A stretch of 63,347 bases of DNA, filler included, from Octopus bimaculoides (taxonomy: Eukaryota), in the NCBI RefSeq assembly GCF_001194135.2. It is 9 parts of 8 records of this genome, joined end to end, with 100 filler letters (N's around TTAATTAATTAA, not from the genome) between each part and the next. Parts side by side here need not be neighbours in the genome. Positions count along the whole stretch, not along the records: positions 23,686 to 28,065 come from NC_069005.1; positions 28,166 to 33,623 come from NC_069005.1; positions 33,724 to 49,128 come from NC_068987.1; 6 more parts are not named here. One strand, given 5' to 3'. Below the pieces are notes generated by a model. The model worked only from the letters and a program-made list of their open reading frames with translations. It was not told the DNA's origin and did not search any database. Position 1 is the first letter of the stretch. Each line of letters opens with the position of its first letter. Shown here in pieces: positions 27,303-41,994 of this stretch. The translations under genes were made by a program, and so were the position numbers.

Positions 27303-27680
27303 AACAAGAGCGCTCAGAGAACGCACACCTCCACCAGGGCAACACCAACTTCCTCTCAACGAATAGCCGGAGATGATTTTTAAAATGAGAATATCTGAAA
27401 TAAACTTGACTGCTCTCACAAATGAGAATACTAAAAATTAACCCGACCGCTCTCAAAAATTAAGTAAAAAAAAAACAAAAAAAAAAAACAGGAAAAATAA
27501 TCCATAATCTTTGTCCGGTACCGGATCGATCCCAAAATCTAATCACTTCGTGCCAATCACGAGGCTAAACATCACTGAAGGTTTCATCCGAATCTATATA
27601 GCGGTTCCTGAGATATCTTGTCCACGGACAAACAAACACCACTGTAAACAATACCTCCGCCTTAGCGAAGGCGGAGGTAA
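27303..27680 (+). mobile_element. Helentron/HINE-like non-autonomous element
   Basis: Perfect 12-bp terminal hairpin TACCTCCGCCTT-AGCG-AAGGCGGAGGTA (27652-27679), a subterminal ACCTCCACC near the 5' end (27327-27335), and insertion within (AAT)n. Confidence 0.55.
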
Positions 27681-27699
27681 TAATAATAATAGCAACAAC

Positions 27700-27742
<43 letters not shown>

Positions 27743-27749
27743 AGTAATG

Positions 27750-28065
27750 GGGCTGATTTGTTTGATTAAAACCTTTCAAGGTGGTCCTCGGCATGACCGC
27801 AGTCAAATGGATGAAACAAGTAAAAAATGAAAGACGAAAGATGTGTGTATGCGTGAGTGTGTCTGCGTGTGCATGTGTAACGTCTGTGTGTCTACGTGTG
27901 CATGTGCGTGTCTGTGTGTCTCTGTGCCTGTGTTTGTTCCTCGCCGCTTGACAAATTGGTGTTCTTTTGTATACGACCGTCTAACTTAGCCGTTCAGCAA
28001 AAAGGACCGATAGATTAAGGACCAGGCTTAAAAATTAGAAAAAATTAAAAAATGAATACTGGGGG
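27750..28065 (-). mobile_element. Two family B SINE pieces separated by GT-rich sequence
   Basis: Head at about 27750-27835 and tail at about 27925-28065, both reverse-complement matches to family B. Confidence 0.65.
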
Positions 28066-28165
28066 NNNNNNNNNNNNNNNNNNNNNNNNNNNNNNNNNNN
28101 NNNNNNNNNTTAATTAATTAANNNNNNNNNNNNNNNNNNNNNNNNNNNNNNNNNNNNNNNNNNNN

Positions 28166-28714
<549 letters not shown>

Positions 28715-29705
28715 NNNNNNNNNNNNNNNNNNNNNNNNNNNNNNNNNNNNNNNNNNNNNNNNNNNNNNNNNNNNNNNNNNNNNNNNNNNNNNNNNNNNNN
28801 NNNNNNNNNNNNNNNNNNNNNNNNNNNNNNNNNNNNNNNNNNNNNNNNNNNNNNNNNNNNNNNNNNNNNNNNNNNNNNNNNNNNNNNNNNNNNNNNNNNN
28901 NNNNNNNNNNNNNNNNNNNNNNNNNNNNNNNNNNNNNNNNNNNNNNNNNNNNNNNNNNNNNNNNNNNNNNNNNNNNNNNNNNNNNNNNNNNNNNNNNNNN
29001 NNNNNNNNNNNNNNNNNNNNNNNNNNNNNNNNNNNNNNNNNNNNNNNNNNNNNNNNNNNNNNNNNNNNNNNNNNNNNNNNNNNNNNNNNNNNNNNNNNNN
29101 NNNNNNNNNNNNNNNNNNNNNNNNNNNNNNNNNNNNNNNNNNNNNNNNNNNNNNNNNNNNNNNNNNNNNNNNNNNNNNNNNNNNNNNNNNNNNNNNNNNN
29201 NNNNNNNNNNNNNNNNNNNNNNNNNNNNNNNNNNNNNNNNNNNNNNNNNNNNNNNNNNNNNNNNNNNNNNNNNNNNNNNNNNNNNNNNNNNNNNNNNNNN
29301 NNNNNNNNNNNNNNNNNNNNNNNNNNNNNNNNNNNNNNNNNNNNNNNNNNNNNNNNNNNNNNNNNNNNNNNNNNNNNNNNNNNNNNNNNNNNNNNNNNNN
29401 NNNNNNNNNNNNNNNNNNNNNNNNNNNNNNNNNNNNNNNNNNNNNNNNNNNNNNNNNNNNNNNNNNNNNNNNNNNNNNNNNNNNNNNNNNNNNNNNNNNN
29501 NNNNNNNNNNNNNNNNNNNNNNNNNNNNNNNNNNNNNNNNNNNNNNNNNNNNNNNNNNNNNNNNNNNNNNNNNNNNNNNNNNNNNNNNNNNNNNNNNNNN
29601 NNNNNNNNNNNNNNNNNNNNNNNNNNNNNNNNNNNNNNNNNNNNNNNNNNNNNNNNNNNNNNNNNNNNNNNNNNNNNNNNNNNNNNNNNNNNNNNNGAGA
29701 GAGAG

Positions 29706-29737
<32 letters not shown>

Positions 29738-29783
29738 GGGGGGAGAGAAAGGGAGAAAGAGGTGGTTGAGAGGGTGTGTGTCT

Positions 29784-29824
<41 letters not shown>

Positions 29825-30047
29825 TCAGCTAGCCAACCAGCCAGCCAGCCAGCCAGGCAGACAGACAGTCAGGTAGATATCTTATATATTACACTCCCAT
29901 AAAAATTATATATACTGTTCGAATATTTTGATCGATTAACGTGTACGGTATGTACGTATATGGATGTATGCATGTATGTATGGAATAAACATCTACTCTT
30001 TCACATCACTTCTTTAATCTGTTTTATATATATAATTACTTTTATTC

Positions 30048-30455
30048 CAGCCACAGATGTCCTTGCATCTGCAGGCATCTCCTCAATTAAAGCTATGATT
30101 TTGAGGAACCAAATGAGGCGATGTGGCCATATTGTTCCAATGGCAGATGAACGCATGCCGAGACAGATGTTTTATGGTGAGCTTGCAGAGGGGAAATGCT
30201 ATCGGCGTAAACATAAAAAGAAAACGTTTAAGGACGGCATAAGGACTACTATGAAGTCACTTAGAATGGATCCAGAAGACATCGAAACCCTCGCTTCGGA
30301 TCGAGCTGGATGGCGAACAAAAGTGTGGAGTGGAGTGAAAGCATTTGAAGAGGCCAGGATAACACATGTCAGACTCAAAAGAGATCTAAAGAAGAATGTT
30401 ACGATCGAAAAGGTGAATGACAATGACCTTTTTGTGTGCACAGTTTCGAACAGAC
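30048..30455 (+). mobile_element. RTE (BovB-like) LINE 3' coding fragment
   Basis: TDVLASAGISSIKAMILRNQMRRCGHIVPMADERMPRQMFYGEL...TLASDRAGWR...FVCTVSNR, ending at a gap. Confidence 0.9.
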
Positions 30456-31345
30456 NNNNNNNNNNNNNNNNNNNNNNNNNNNNNNNNNNNNNNNNNNNNN
30501 NNNNNNNNNNNNNNNNNNNNNNNNNNNNNNNNNNNNNNNNNNNNNNNNNNNNNNNNNNNNNNNNNNNNNNNNNNNNNNNNNNNNNNNNNNNNNNNNNNNN
30601 NNNNNNNNNNNNNNNNNNNNNNNNNNNNNNNNNNNNNNNNNNNNNNNNNNNNNNNNNNNNNNNNNNNNNNNNNNNNNNNNNNNNNNNNNNNNNNNNNNNN
30701 NNNNNNNNNNNNNNNNNNNNNNNNNNNNNNNNNNNNNNNNNNNNNNNNNNNNNNNNNNNNNNNNNNNNNNNNNNNNNNNNNNNNNNNNNNNNNNNNNNNN
30801 NNNNNNNNNNNNNNNNNNNNNNNNNNNNNNNNNNNNNNNNNNNNNNNNNNNNNNNNNNNNNNNNNNNNNNNNNNNNNNNNNNNNNNNNNNNNNNNNNNNN
30901 NNNNNNNNNNNNNNNNNNNNNNNNNNNNNNNNNNNNNNNNNNNNNNNNNNNNNNNNNNNNNNNNNNNNNNNNNNNNNNNNNNNNNNNNNNNNNNNNNNNN
31001 NNNNNNNNNNNNNNNNNNNNNNNNNNNNNNNNNNNNNNNNNNNNNNNNNNNNNNNNNNNNNNNNNNNNNNNNNNNNNNNNNNNNNNNNNNNNNNNNNNNN
31101 NNNNNNNNNNNNNNNNNNNNNNNNNNNNNNNNNNNNNNNNNNNNNNNNNNNNNNNNNNNNNNNNNNNNNNNNNNNNNNNNNNNNNNNNNNNNNNNNNNNN
31201 NNNNNNNNNNNNNNNNNNNNNNNNNNNNNNNNNNNNNNNNNNNNNNNNNNNNNNNNNNNNNNNNNNNNNNNNNNNNNNNNNNNNNNNNNNNNNNNNNNNN
31301 NNNNNNNNNNNNNNNNNNNNNNNNNNNNNNNNNNNNNNNNNNNNN

Positions 31346-31407
<62 letters not shown>

Positions 31408-32039
31408 TGTGTATGTGTGTGTGTGAGTGAGTGAGTGTGTGTGTGTATGTGTATGTGTGTGCTTTCAGATATATGCATATATATTTATGTATAATTTATG
31501 TGTGTGTGTGCGTGCGTCTGTGTGTGTGTGTGCGTGTGTGCATGTATGTGTGTGTGCATGTGTGCATGTTTATGTGTGTATACACGTGTGCTGGCGCTCG
31601 CGCGCTGAACTAATTGAATGGAAAGTATTCCTCTACATGTCTGCAACTAAGCAAAAAAAAAGAAAAAGCAATATTCACTACGTGTCTATAGAGTGGAACA
31701 CGATTTATTCCAAGTCAGCCGAATATGAGTGAGCAGCTACTTAAGAATCGCGAATCTGCCTCATCAGACATCGAGTGATGAACCGTTTTAGACTAAACTC
31801 GTAGCTGTGCTAAAAAATAATTAACAGCAATATGGATCTCTCAATCATCTTTTTTAAAGCACCAATTTTTTTATTTGCATGGCAGATATAGAGAGATAAA
31901 TATGACCATAAATATACATAAAATATAATGAAGTGATAAAATAAATACAAAAATGATAATTGAAGGAAACGAAGTAAAATGTAATAATAAGAATAATAAT
32001 ATTAACGATGACGGACTCTCAGGTCGTAGACGACGTATA

Positions 32040-32190
32040 AGCTTTCAGCTTTTGCCGAACGACCAACAAATGATTTGTTTACAGTGATTGTGCCACGCGT
32101 CAGATGTCGAAGTGATCGCAAAGTAACATGAAATGAAGTGTTTTGCTCAAGAATACAGCACACTACCCAGTCTAGGAACTGAAATCACGA
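32040..32190 (-). mobile_element. SINE fragment related to family G
   Basis: Reverse complement GTGTGCTGTATTCTTGAGCAAAACAC matches the 8817-8996 head region. Confidence 0.5.
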
Positions 32191-32202
32191 ACGTTCAACA
32201 TC

Positions 32203-32445
32203 CTTAAACAACCCTTATTTAGGGACCTTTTGAGTGGGATGGGCTGTTCAACCTGAAGAAAATTCTAACTAGGCCCCACCTGCAAGGTCATGCGCTGTTA
32301 ATCTCGATATGAGATCACCATGTCGTGCACATAAGACTGTGATGCATGTGTCTGGTGGTCATGATGGGTATATTGGGCTTCGTATATTTTACCCCAGTAT
32401 CACCGCTCTCTCATTCATTAATAATGATAATAGTAATTATAATAA
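32203..32445 (+). mobile_element. SINE-like repeat 3' part (family H) with AAT-rich tail
   Basis: CATGATGGGTATATTGGGCTTCGTATATTT matches the reverse complement of 52198-52290, which also abuts a (TAA)n tail. Confidence 0.6.
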
Positions 32446-33214
32446 TAGCTTTTTTCTTATTTAAGGAGAGGGCAAGTCGATTACGTCGACCTTAGTACTC
32501 GACTAACATGCATATATACGTCTAGAATGCAATAATATGCATGAGAGTACATGCATAATCCGAATCTGCACTGACTGCTCACATACACATATACATACAC
32601 AAATACACTGTTGATGTTTGTAAAATTCCAGAGAAGAAGCCTTAGATCTAGGTTAGGAACCAAATCTTTCTCTATTGTCAAGACACCTTACGTGACAATA
32701 GACCTTACGTGACAATAAACCTAACGTGAAAAGCAATCATACATGCATGCATACATGTATGCGCATATTCTTTTGTATTTCGCTTGCAACATTCTTGATG
32801 TGAAATCATGTGTTGAAATAAATACTGTTTACTCTGGTACTCTGGGATGAACATTTTTGCCTATGAAAACACACGCATTGATTATATTTCACGTCTTTCT
32901 AAAATTGCTAGTCAAATAGTTAACTAATTAAATAATTAAATAATCAATAATTTGACCAGTCTATCGGTTGGTACATCAAAGTTCTTTCGTCGCCATATGC
33001 GACCTCAATCAAGTGAATTTGTGAAACAGTTGATTAGTTAATTAGTTAATTAGTTAACTAGTTGACTGATAATAAGAGGAAGACGCAAAATACGACAGTA
33101 GGTGTGTTTGTTTGTTTTGGGTTTTTGTTGATTAGCAAAATGACGTTCTCAGAGCTTAAGAACAAAAGTTCATGCGGACATATACACAAAAAAACCCCCA
33201 GCAAATATACGTGC

Positions 33215-33350
33215 AGGTGTAGTTGTGTAGTGAGATGTTTGCTTTCCAGCCACAAAGATCTGGGTTCAGTCCCACCGTGTGGCACCTTCGACTGAGAAAA
33301 GGGTTGTGAGTGGAATTTGGCAGACAGAAAATAAAAGAAGCACTTCATGT
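33215..33350 (+). mobile_element. tRNA-derived SINE (family C)
   Basis: GTGTAGTGAGATGTTTGCTTTCCAGCCAC...GGGTTCAGTCCCAC.GTGTGGCACCTT; matches the reverse complement of 2238-2380. Confidence 0.7.
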
Positions 33351-33402
33351 ATGTATGCATATATTTATATATATATATATATATATATAGAGNNNNNNNN
33401 NN

Positions 33403-33437
<35 letters not shown>

Positions 33438-33568
33438 TGAGTGAGAGAGAGATGCGTGTGTGCTTGGGTGTATGTGTATGTTTAGATATATAAATACGTA
33501 CATATACATATATACATACATACATATATATACATGCATATATATACATACATATATGTATATATATG

Positions 33569-33623
<55 letters not shown>

Positions 33624-34379
33624 NNNNNNNNNNNNNNNNNNNNNNNNNNNNNNNNNNNNNNNNNNNNTTAATTAATTAANNNNNNNNNNNNNNNNNNNNN
33701 NNNNNNNNNNNNNNNNNNNNNNNATATATATATATATATATACATATAAACTGAATATATACGTGTGTCTGTGTGAGTGTAGGTAAATGAAGGGGTGTGA
33801 TACTTGCTGGAGGACCGAGATAATCAACAAACACATAAACATCAGTTGATTATGTAGTGTTTTGAATATTTCCCAATGATTCAGTATTCGATTATCTATG
33901 GCATGAAGAATTTTTCATGCAGGGATACATATACTTTAAAACAAACAAATAAATACTCATGAATTCATATACAGATATACACACGCAAACACGCACACGC
34001 ATAGCCCACGCACACATCAACACACAAACGTGTGTATGTGTGTAAATATCTATGATATGTGTGTGAGAGAGAGTTTGTGTAGGAGTATGCGCGCTGAGTG
34101 TGCGCTTTTCATTTACATTTTCGACTTATAATTACACTTAATTTCCGCTGTTGGAATATGAAAAAACAGTTTGCTTTAATGGTAAATTTTATGCATTGAA
34201 ATAACAATTAAACGTATAAATATAGACATGTTACGCTGATGATCATTAAAATTTATTTAAATGTGAAATTATACATTCAAAATATTTATTAATTATTATA
34301 ATACGAATATTTAATATTTAGTAGACATGAGCTTGCATTTTTCAATGCAAAGTCCCAATAGGCATCTTACTGATTTGAT

Positions 34380-35300
34380 GACTACTATTTTCTTGCGGAA
34401 TTTCTTGCCACGTGTCCTACAGCAATCTCAAAATGCCTTGCTTTGAATATGCTTTCTTGTTCTTTTTATGACGTGTCCTGTTCATTATGTCCCAGTGGTG
34501 TTCAATAGGGTTCATATCTGGTTACTGGCTTCGCGATGGCAGTTTTTATTGCCATTCTCCTTCAACAAAACTTGGGTCATATTAGCCTTGTGAAAAGAGA
34601 TTTGTTTAGTAATTTCTCTACTGTAGAAGATTGTAAGGTGTCCTTTCTGCAATATGGACACATATTTATCTGAGTCTATGCTTTCCTCACACTCCAGCAG
34701 CTCTGATCATCGATTGCTCCAAATTACTCCCCAGACCATCACAGAATAGCTGCCGTGTTTCATTGTTCGTTGCAATATTTTCACATCAAATTATTGGTCA
34801 CAGAGTCTCCTGACCGAAAGAATATCACTGTCAGGAAATATAACAAATCTGGACACATCAGAAAGTATGATAGTCTCCCAAAATATTAGTGGCCTCTCCA
34901 CTATCTCACTGGCCCAATCTTTACTCCACTTGATGTTGGCTGGTTGAAGAAGTGGCTTCGTTTTTGCTGCTATGCCATAGTAACGAAATTTGTGGAGATA
35001 CCTGACAGTTGTTCTGGGACTGGCATCAAATCTGAGGCCTTGCAACGAAAATTATCCTCCACACTTCTCTTAACAAAGAGAAGGGTCCGGTCAGAGGTCC
35101 CTGGTTGATATGGATAAGGTGATGTAGTCTCCTTCTCCTCTCTGGTGAATTGCACAGTGAATATTAAGTGAAGAAAACGGGATCCCAAGGTTTTGTGCCA
35201 TTTTACGCTATGTCCACCTTCAGAATGACCCACAATACGGCTTCTTTGAAATTTAGACAATTCCAAAGCTTTTATTTTTGTTGTGCATGGCATGATTAAG
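34380..35300 (-). mobile_element. Tc1-like transposase remnant
   Basis: ELSKFQRSRIVG N-terminus, YGIAAKTKPLL, IILSDVSRF (FSDESRF-like) and PDMNPIEHHWD (third catalytic residue E). Confidence 0.85.
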
Positions 35301-35427
35301 CAGTTACATATAGAACCTGAAACATAGAAGTGTCAATTAATAAAATATATAAACCTTTACAATTTAGAACAAACATACATCAATGTTTTATGGCGTGTCT
35401 ATTTACTTCTGCCATATCTGTCTACGT

Positions 35428-35810
35428 GGAGGCGCAATGGCCCAGTGGTTAGAGCAGTGGACTCGCGGTCATAGGATCGCGATTTCGATTCCCAGACCGG
35501 GCATTGTGAGTGTTTATTGAGCAAAAACACCTAAAGCTCCACGGGGCTCCGGCAGGGGATGGTGGCGAACCCTGTTGTACTCTTTCACCACAACTTTCTC
35601 TCACTCTTACTTCCTGTTTTTGCTGTGCTTGTAATTCAAAGGGGCAGACTTGTCACACTGTGTCACGCTGAATATCCCCGAGAACTACGTTAAGGGTACA
35701 CGTGTCTGTGGAATGCTCAGCTACTTGCACGTTAATTTCACGAGCAGGCTGTTCCGTTGATCGCATCAACTGGAACCCTCGACGTCGTAAGCGACAGAGT
35801 GCCAACAACA
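35428..35810 (+). mobile_element. Full-length tRNA-derived SINE (family D)
   Basis: A box TGGCCCAGTGGTTAGAG (35438-35454), B box GATTTCGATTCCC (about 35481-35493), about 310-bp body, short (CAA)n tail. Confidence 0.85.
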
Positions 35811-36986
35811 AATCTGTCTACATATTTGTATAGCTATCTATCAGAATATTTCAATATACATGTGCACCCCCACACACAGAAACACACACACACACATATG
35901 TATGTATATGTATATGTGTGTGTATGCATATTTTATGTGTGAGTGTGTGTGTCTGTGTGTTTGTGTGTGTATGTGTGTGTATGTATGTATTATATGGAAG
36001 CAGATGTAAATATATAACATCGGCATAAAAATAGTACATATCTGCAGGTTGTAATTTGTATGATATGTAAATATAAGTACATTTTGTGCTATTTTTTGGT
36101 GAAGACCAATTTCGCAATGACTGTATCTATAAATGCAATATGTTTTCCTTGTTCAATGTGACTTCCAAAAACACATACACAAGTATTTGTTTGTTTTTCG
36201 TGTGCATGTGCGAACGCTCTTTATGTTTGTTTGGAAAAATCTTTTTGAAAATTCATCCGTTGCTTCGTGTAGCTATCGGCGTAATTGGATAACCGCTATA
36301 CTGTGAAGAACACAAATCGAAATATTGTTACTTATGATATGTGCCGTCAGTCGGACATCCAGTTTTTTGTCGTGTCTAACTCAAAAGAAAAAATATAGCT
36401 TAATACTAAACATATCTAGTAGCTGTATATTCTCTTTAGCTTGTGGCATTATTGCCGTCGCTCTACTTGTGTTCTTATTGTTCTTGTTTCTCCTTTGTAT
36501 TTTTGTTGGTTTAATTTTTACGTAGTCCCAAATCGGGTCTTCATGGAGCAGTTCTATGACCAAAAGGTGTTGTGACGCGTGTGCTTTAGTTTATCTCTCT
36601 CGAAGCATATATATATATATATATATATATACTTTTAGAAAGGTATACAGTATTTGTATATTACCCACTATGTTTGATACATTTATTATCAGCCATTAAA
36701 GAATATTTTCTAATCCATTTGAGCTTTGGGATTATATCAAATGTATGATCAATGATAATTATGTACATTCATACGCACTGCAAATTGCACGTAGTAACAT
36801 ACGTGTACGTATAAGTAGATACATGTAAATGATTATATATTTGCACATACTCATAGCAGATTTTAATATATACGACGGTGTATATGTGTAGGATATATAT
36901 ATGGGTACAAGAGTGGAGTGTGTGCAAGATTGTGTGTGTAGCTACATATCTTTTGGTGTTGGCTTAAATATCATTATATCTGTGAG

Positions 36987-37020
<34 letters not shown>

Positions 37021-37483
37021 AACATAATTAAGGGGTCAGCAACAGTTGCATCACCACATACCGAAGTTCAGAAATAGCAGCCATTTTTATTTTTATCCTA
37101 CGCTGATACCAGTTCTTGTCCCTCGAGGTGAAGAACTCCTCCAATGAAGCTTCTACCCCCTATTCGTTAATGAAGCGTCGCGTGTGTGAGCAAGTGTGTG
37201 TTATAATACCGTACCTTGACATTTTATGGGATGATGGAATGATTCCCCGATAGAAACCCGCTGGTATTAGGAATCTTAGCTCTTTGGGTTAAGCCTCGAA
37301 TTTCGATGGCAGATGCAATACGGCTTTTAGACACACTTCAGCAGAAGTAAGGTTCGATTCCAGAAGGTGACATTCGAATTTGCTTACATTTTTATCCATA
37401 TAATATGATATATCTTATGTACGCATAAGTTTGTATATTTATCTTTCTATCTATCTATCAATATATATATATATATATATATA

Positions 37484-37522
<39 letters not shown>

Positions 37523-40500
37523 TTGTACCTGTGGGAATGTATATCTACTTTCTCGTTTGAAAGATGTGTTTGGATGTATATATGTATGCGCTAAAATTTA
37601 CGTTGTGAATATGACCGTACAAAATCTGTCTATATTATATTAGTTTATTATTTTTATTTTTTATAAACAATTTATATTGTATTATTTATTAAATAATCTG
37701 TGATATTTTAGTATTTAATACATTAATAGAGTTTTTAGCTTATTTTATTACATTACATTTTTCAACAAAAGTTCTTAATTGTATTAAACTTGAAAAACGA
37801 CAGATAATTAGTTTTTATATAATCTAAATAACTATTACATTGTATATCATAATCTGCCAATTATGGTGTGTGAAACAAAAAGACAGCGCGGAGACAAGAA
37901 TACGTATTCACGCAATGTTCTAAATTCTATTATAAGTATATAATTTTATGAATTATTCATACATTTCTTGACTGCTGTTTAAATACGTTAACCAGTGTGA
38001 ATTCCAAAACACAGCTATGACTTTTCCAGCATTTCTTTCGGACTGGCTATCCGTTTAATTGTTTCATGATATTAATAATATATTTGAATGAAATGATTTT
38101 GTAATTGAACCATAATCAGTTTACTATTGTTCAGAATATTAATGTTTGGAACTTTCTATTGAAGGCCATTGTTTTTATTTCCATCTCTTTTCTATATTCT
38201 TCCAAATTTTCTATCCTCATTTTTATTTTGAGATGTTTTTCTATTGTTTGTTTGAAATTTGAATAGCTTTCATGTGATGGTTTGATAATAACTTAAAAAA
38301 AGGAAACATAAAAGGCATACACAATAACTATCTATTGGATTGAATGATTCAATATAAATGTAAATTCTGGAAAACTACACATCAAAAGTGTTTACGTAGT
38401 TTTCGTTTACTCTATTATTCTACTGCTTCTTCTGTAAATTAATTCAAAGATATTTACATGTAAGAAGTAATTATATTTGTCTTAATTTCTACAGGATATC
38501 TTGTAAAATGCAACGTTTTGTCGGCGGTTTTTCTATTCTTCGAAAGTATTCTGAGTGATTGAACATATTAGACGTAGAAAACGAAATTTGTTATTATTTT
38601 TTATCTATTTCCGTAAACATGTCATATTTTTAAAACAGAAAACCATCGGTGGATGTTATGTATTTCCATGTTACCTACTTCTTGGTTATAGTTAAAGGCA
38701 ATAATTGAAATTAGAACATGACCTCGTTGCAGATTTGTCAGGTAATTCTGGTTACACAGAAATTGCTTATAGGTGGAATATTTCTTTTCGTTTAATCCTA
38801 AAGTCAGAAAAATGGTTACAAATCTAAGTTCGTTGCTGTCAATAACATTCTGACAATGGTTAGTTTTGATAGATAGTTCTTCTTGTTAGCATTTATTGCA
38901 TATTCGCTGTGAATAAATTATAAATTACATTTTATGCGATATCAAAAGTTAAACTGACACAAATGGTTAGTGTTAACATATTTATGGACTTAGAATCATA
39001 AAATTATATCATTCTGCTGAAGGTTTTGACCCAAACTAAGCGTACACCTCAAATATTATTGACCAGTAAAAGAACATTGTTAAGTGACATATATACAGCA
39101 AACATGTGGAATAAAATACTTCATGTTATAGTTCTAACTACATTTCATGTTATTTCTAACCGATACATCAGCATGACATTTAAAATCATATGTAATGGAT
39201 ATGGTAGTTAAACGTGTACACACACACATATATATATATATTGTATGTGCGAATTACAAATACCCAGGGAGTGTAGAGAATTATAGAAATAGACAATATC
39301 GATAAACCAATAAAATCGCCAACTACTTTCAATTATATGACAAGTAGCATTTAAGTGAACATAACATCATTTATCTCTAATACTCCAAAATATTGAACCA
39401 ATAATAAGAACATCTACATGTCACGAAGAAATGGACATATTGGATTATGTACTCCATGATTAAATGTGTTGAAATGTGGAGGTAATCAAGAGTGGAACGT
39501 CTGGTCATTTGTCTATTACAATGTACCTGGTTTAGATATGATCAGTTGGAATATCTATTCCAAATTACTTTATCATATTTTATATTTTAAGTTCACTAAA
39601 GGTTTATTTACTCAATAAGTTTATACTTTTTGAATAGACAAACTTCATTGTATCAAGTAAATGGAATCTAAAGTTAAAAATATTTCACATTCTTCCCTAC
39701 ATAACATTGTGACTCAGACATTCATAAATAGCTGATTTTGTATGTCTTAGTATTTTTCCCTTTGTTGGTCATTATATGTTTAAACATCTGCTGAGATCAA
39801 AGGAATAATATAGTTTCTATGAATCAGATTTCTATCACACAATTTACATTTTTTCCTATCTGTTTACTTATTCATAACTGGGTTTTCTTGTATTCAGAAT
39901 ATCGATGAAAAGAAAAAAATTGTATAGCACTAGCGATTAAACCAATGTAAAAGCCTATATTTAAATCATATTTCAACATACGCTATAAGTCTTTGATATA
40001 TAGGATATTATTTCAATATTGTTTCTCGCTATGCTTCCCATTCGATTCACCAATATGAGAAGGTGACTTCGTTGTTTCTTACTACGCAGAAAATGTTGGC
40101 AAGGTATTTCATGTATAGTGTATCGCCTATAACACAATTTTTCTACAATTCTGCTAATTCCAATATTAATATAATACATAAGTAGGTTCTTGTTAAGATT
40201 AATATGCCTTATATTGATTCTCGATAGAAACTATTCGAATTAATTTGCAAGTTAAATAACTCTAAATAACATGTAATTTACTTTTTCTGCTAAAATATGT
40301 AAAATTTATACCTCAATAAAGTAAACTAATATTTCTTGTAATTTTGGGATGTATACTAATATAGTTTGTACAATTCAATTACTTGATTTATGTTATTCAT
40401 CTTTTACTTCATATAGTTTTCTCATTATGTTTGCATTTCTAAGTAAAAGAAACACTTTGGAAAATATATATTTGTGGTTTCGATGTAGTCAAAAAATTAT

Positions 40501-41961
40501 TAGAAATTCGTGTATGTATTTGAATCGTAAGTCAAATCTTTAGGGTATTTTCATATTTCTTTTAAACAATGAAAATACAAAGCAACCATTATTTCTTAAA
40601 ATTACAAAAGATTTGTTCTATAATTTATTTTTAGCCGATATAGAACTACACTATTAAATATAAACAGTGGAAAACACTATAATTTCTGAACTTACAGGTC
40701 TTACATGTATTATATTAACTCGTCGATACAATAAAACTTCTAACAAAGTTGGCAAAATCTTTGACCACTTGTACTTATATAGTAATTATTTGGGTACTCA
40801 TAATTTGTTCCTTTTTTACCACAAATATTTGCAATACCTTTTATTACGTGTTCCCACACGTTGTTAGCGTCATTTCTAAAATAAATCAATTACTACACAT
40901 TCGAGTAAAATATTAATCAATTTCTACAGTATTCGAACAAATTATGTAGCTTAAATATAGTTGCTGAATTAAGTACGAATAGAAACCCAAATCTTTGACT
41001 ACCCTTTTGCAATAAGAAGAACAATTTAGGTAATATAGTCATATTCGTCACACCCACGCACGTTAAGGGACATATTCCTACGAAGTTTAGTTCCTGGTTT
41101 TAGAATCACATTGCTAATGTATCAAATAAATGATAGAATACAGTATGGAGAAGGAGCCTTCTGGTCTGGACACAGGCCCACCACCGAGCAAAGACTGCAT
41201 CACACAGAGAGCTTTTGCCCTTGAAAGTCAGACAATAAAACTACCTCTAATTATTAAACTTGTGCAAACCTCAATTGAGACAAACACGAGAAAATATATT
41301 GAGCATCGATAATGGTGCTGCTACATCATCTACATATAACCGACACAACATAAAAAATAGGCAAAGCATTCTAAAACTTTCGTCCAGGCATTTACTGTCC
41401 CCTTTGCTTCTGCGACTTATGCTAAACTAAAAACATATGTTAATATAAATGGATTACAAAAGGATTTCAAACCGGCTTTCATTGCATGGCAAAGTTTCAA
41501 GATAAGGACAAAAAAAAAAGAGGCTTTTAAAAAAAAAAATAATAGCTATATAAAAAAAATAATTACACCAATACGTCATAATCTCTTTAAGCTTTTGAAG
41601 TTCACTAAGTTTCCTTGGAAAGCTTGTTGGGAGGTTTAGGATGCATGTGTTTCTGTGTCGTGTTTTTTTTTATAAGAAGGCTGGATGTTTATGTGCCAAA
41701 CAGGAAATGGGGCTAGAAATAGTCGAGTTCCTTGGCACGTTTTATTCCATAGTCTATGAGTGTGGAGGTATATTGGCGTTGTAATAGTGCTTTTTTTTAG
41801 GTTTTGTAGGCGTATTTCTCGAATGGTTGGGTCAGAGACAATGGTGACAATACTTTTAGCTAAGTTGAAGGGGATATTTATCTTAGTGTGTTTNNNNNNN
41901 NNNNNNNNNNNNNNNNNNNNNNNNNNNNNNNNNNNNNNNNNNNNNNNNNNNNNNNNATATA

Positions 41962-41994
<33 letters not shown>

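Noticed and set aside
35428-35500. tRNA gene
   Set aside because: A and B boxes are present but there is no complete cloverleaf, and it continues into a SINE body.
36325-36525. Transmembrane-like ORF
   Set aside because: The hydrophobicity comes from low-complexity T-rich sequence; no supporting homology.
39062-39205. Signal-peptide-like or internal exon (MWNKILHVIVLTTF...)
   Set aside because: Plausible donor, but the acceptor and phase are ambiguous and there is no recognisable family match.
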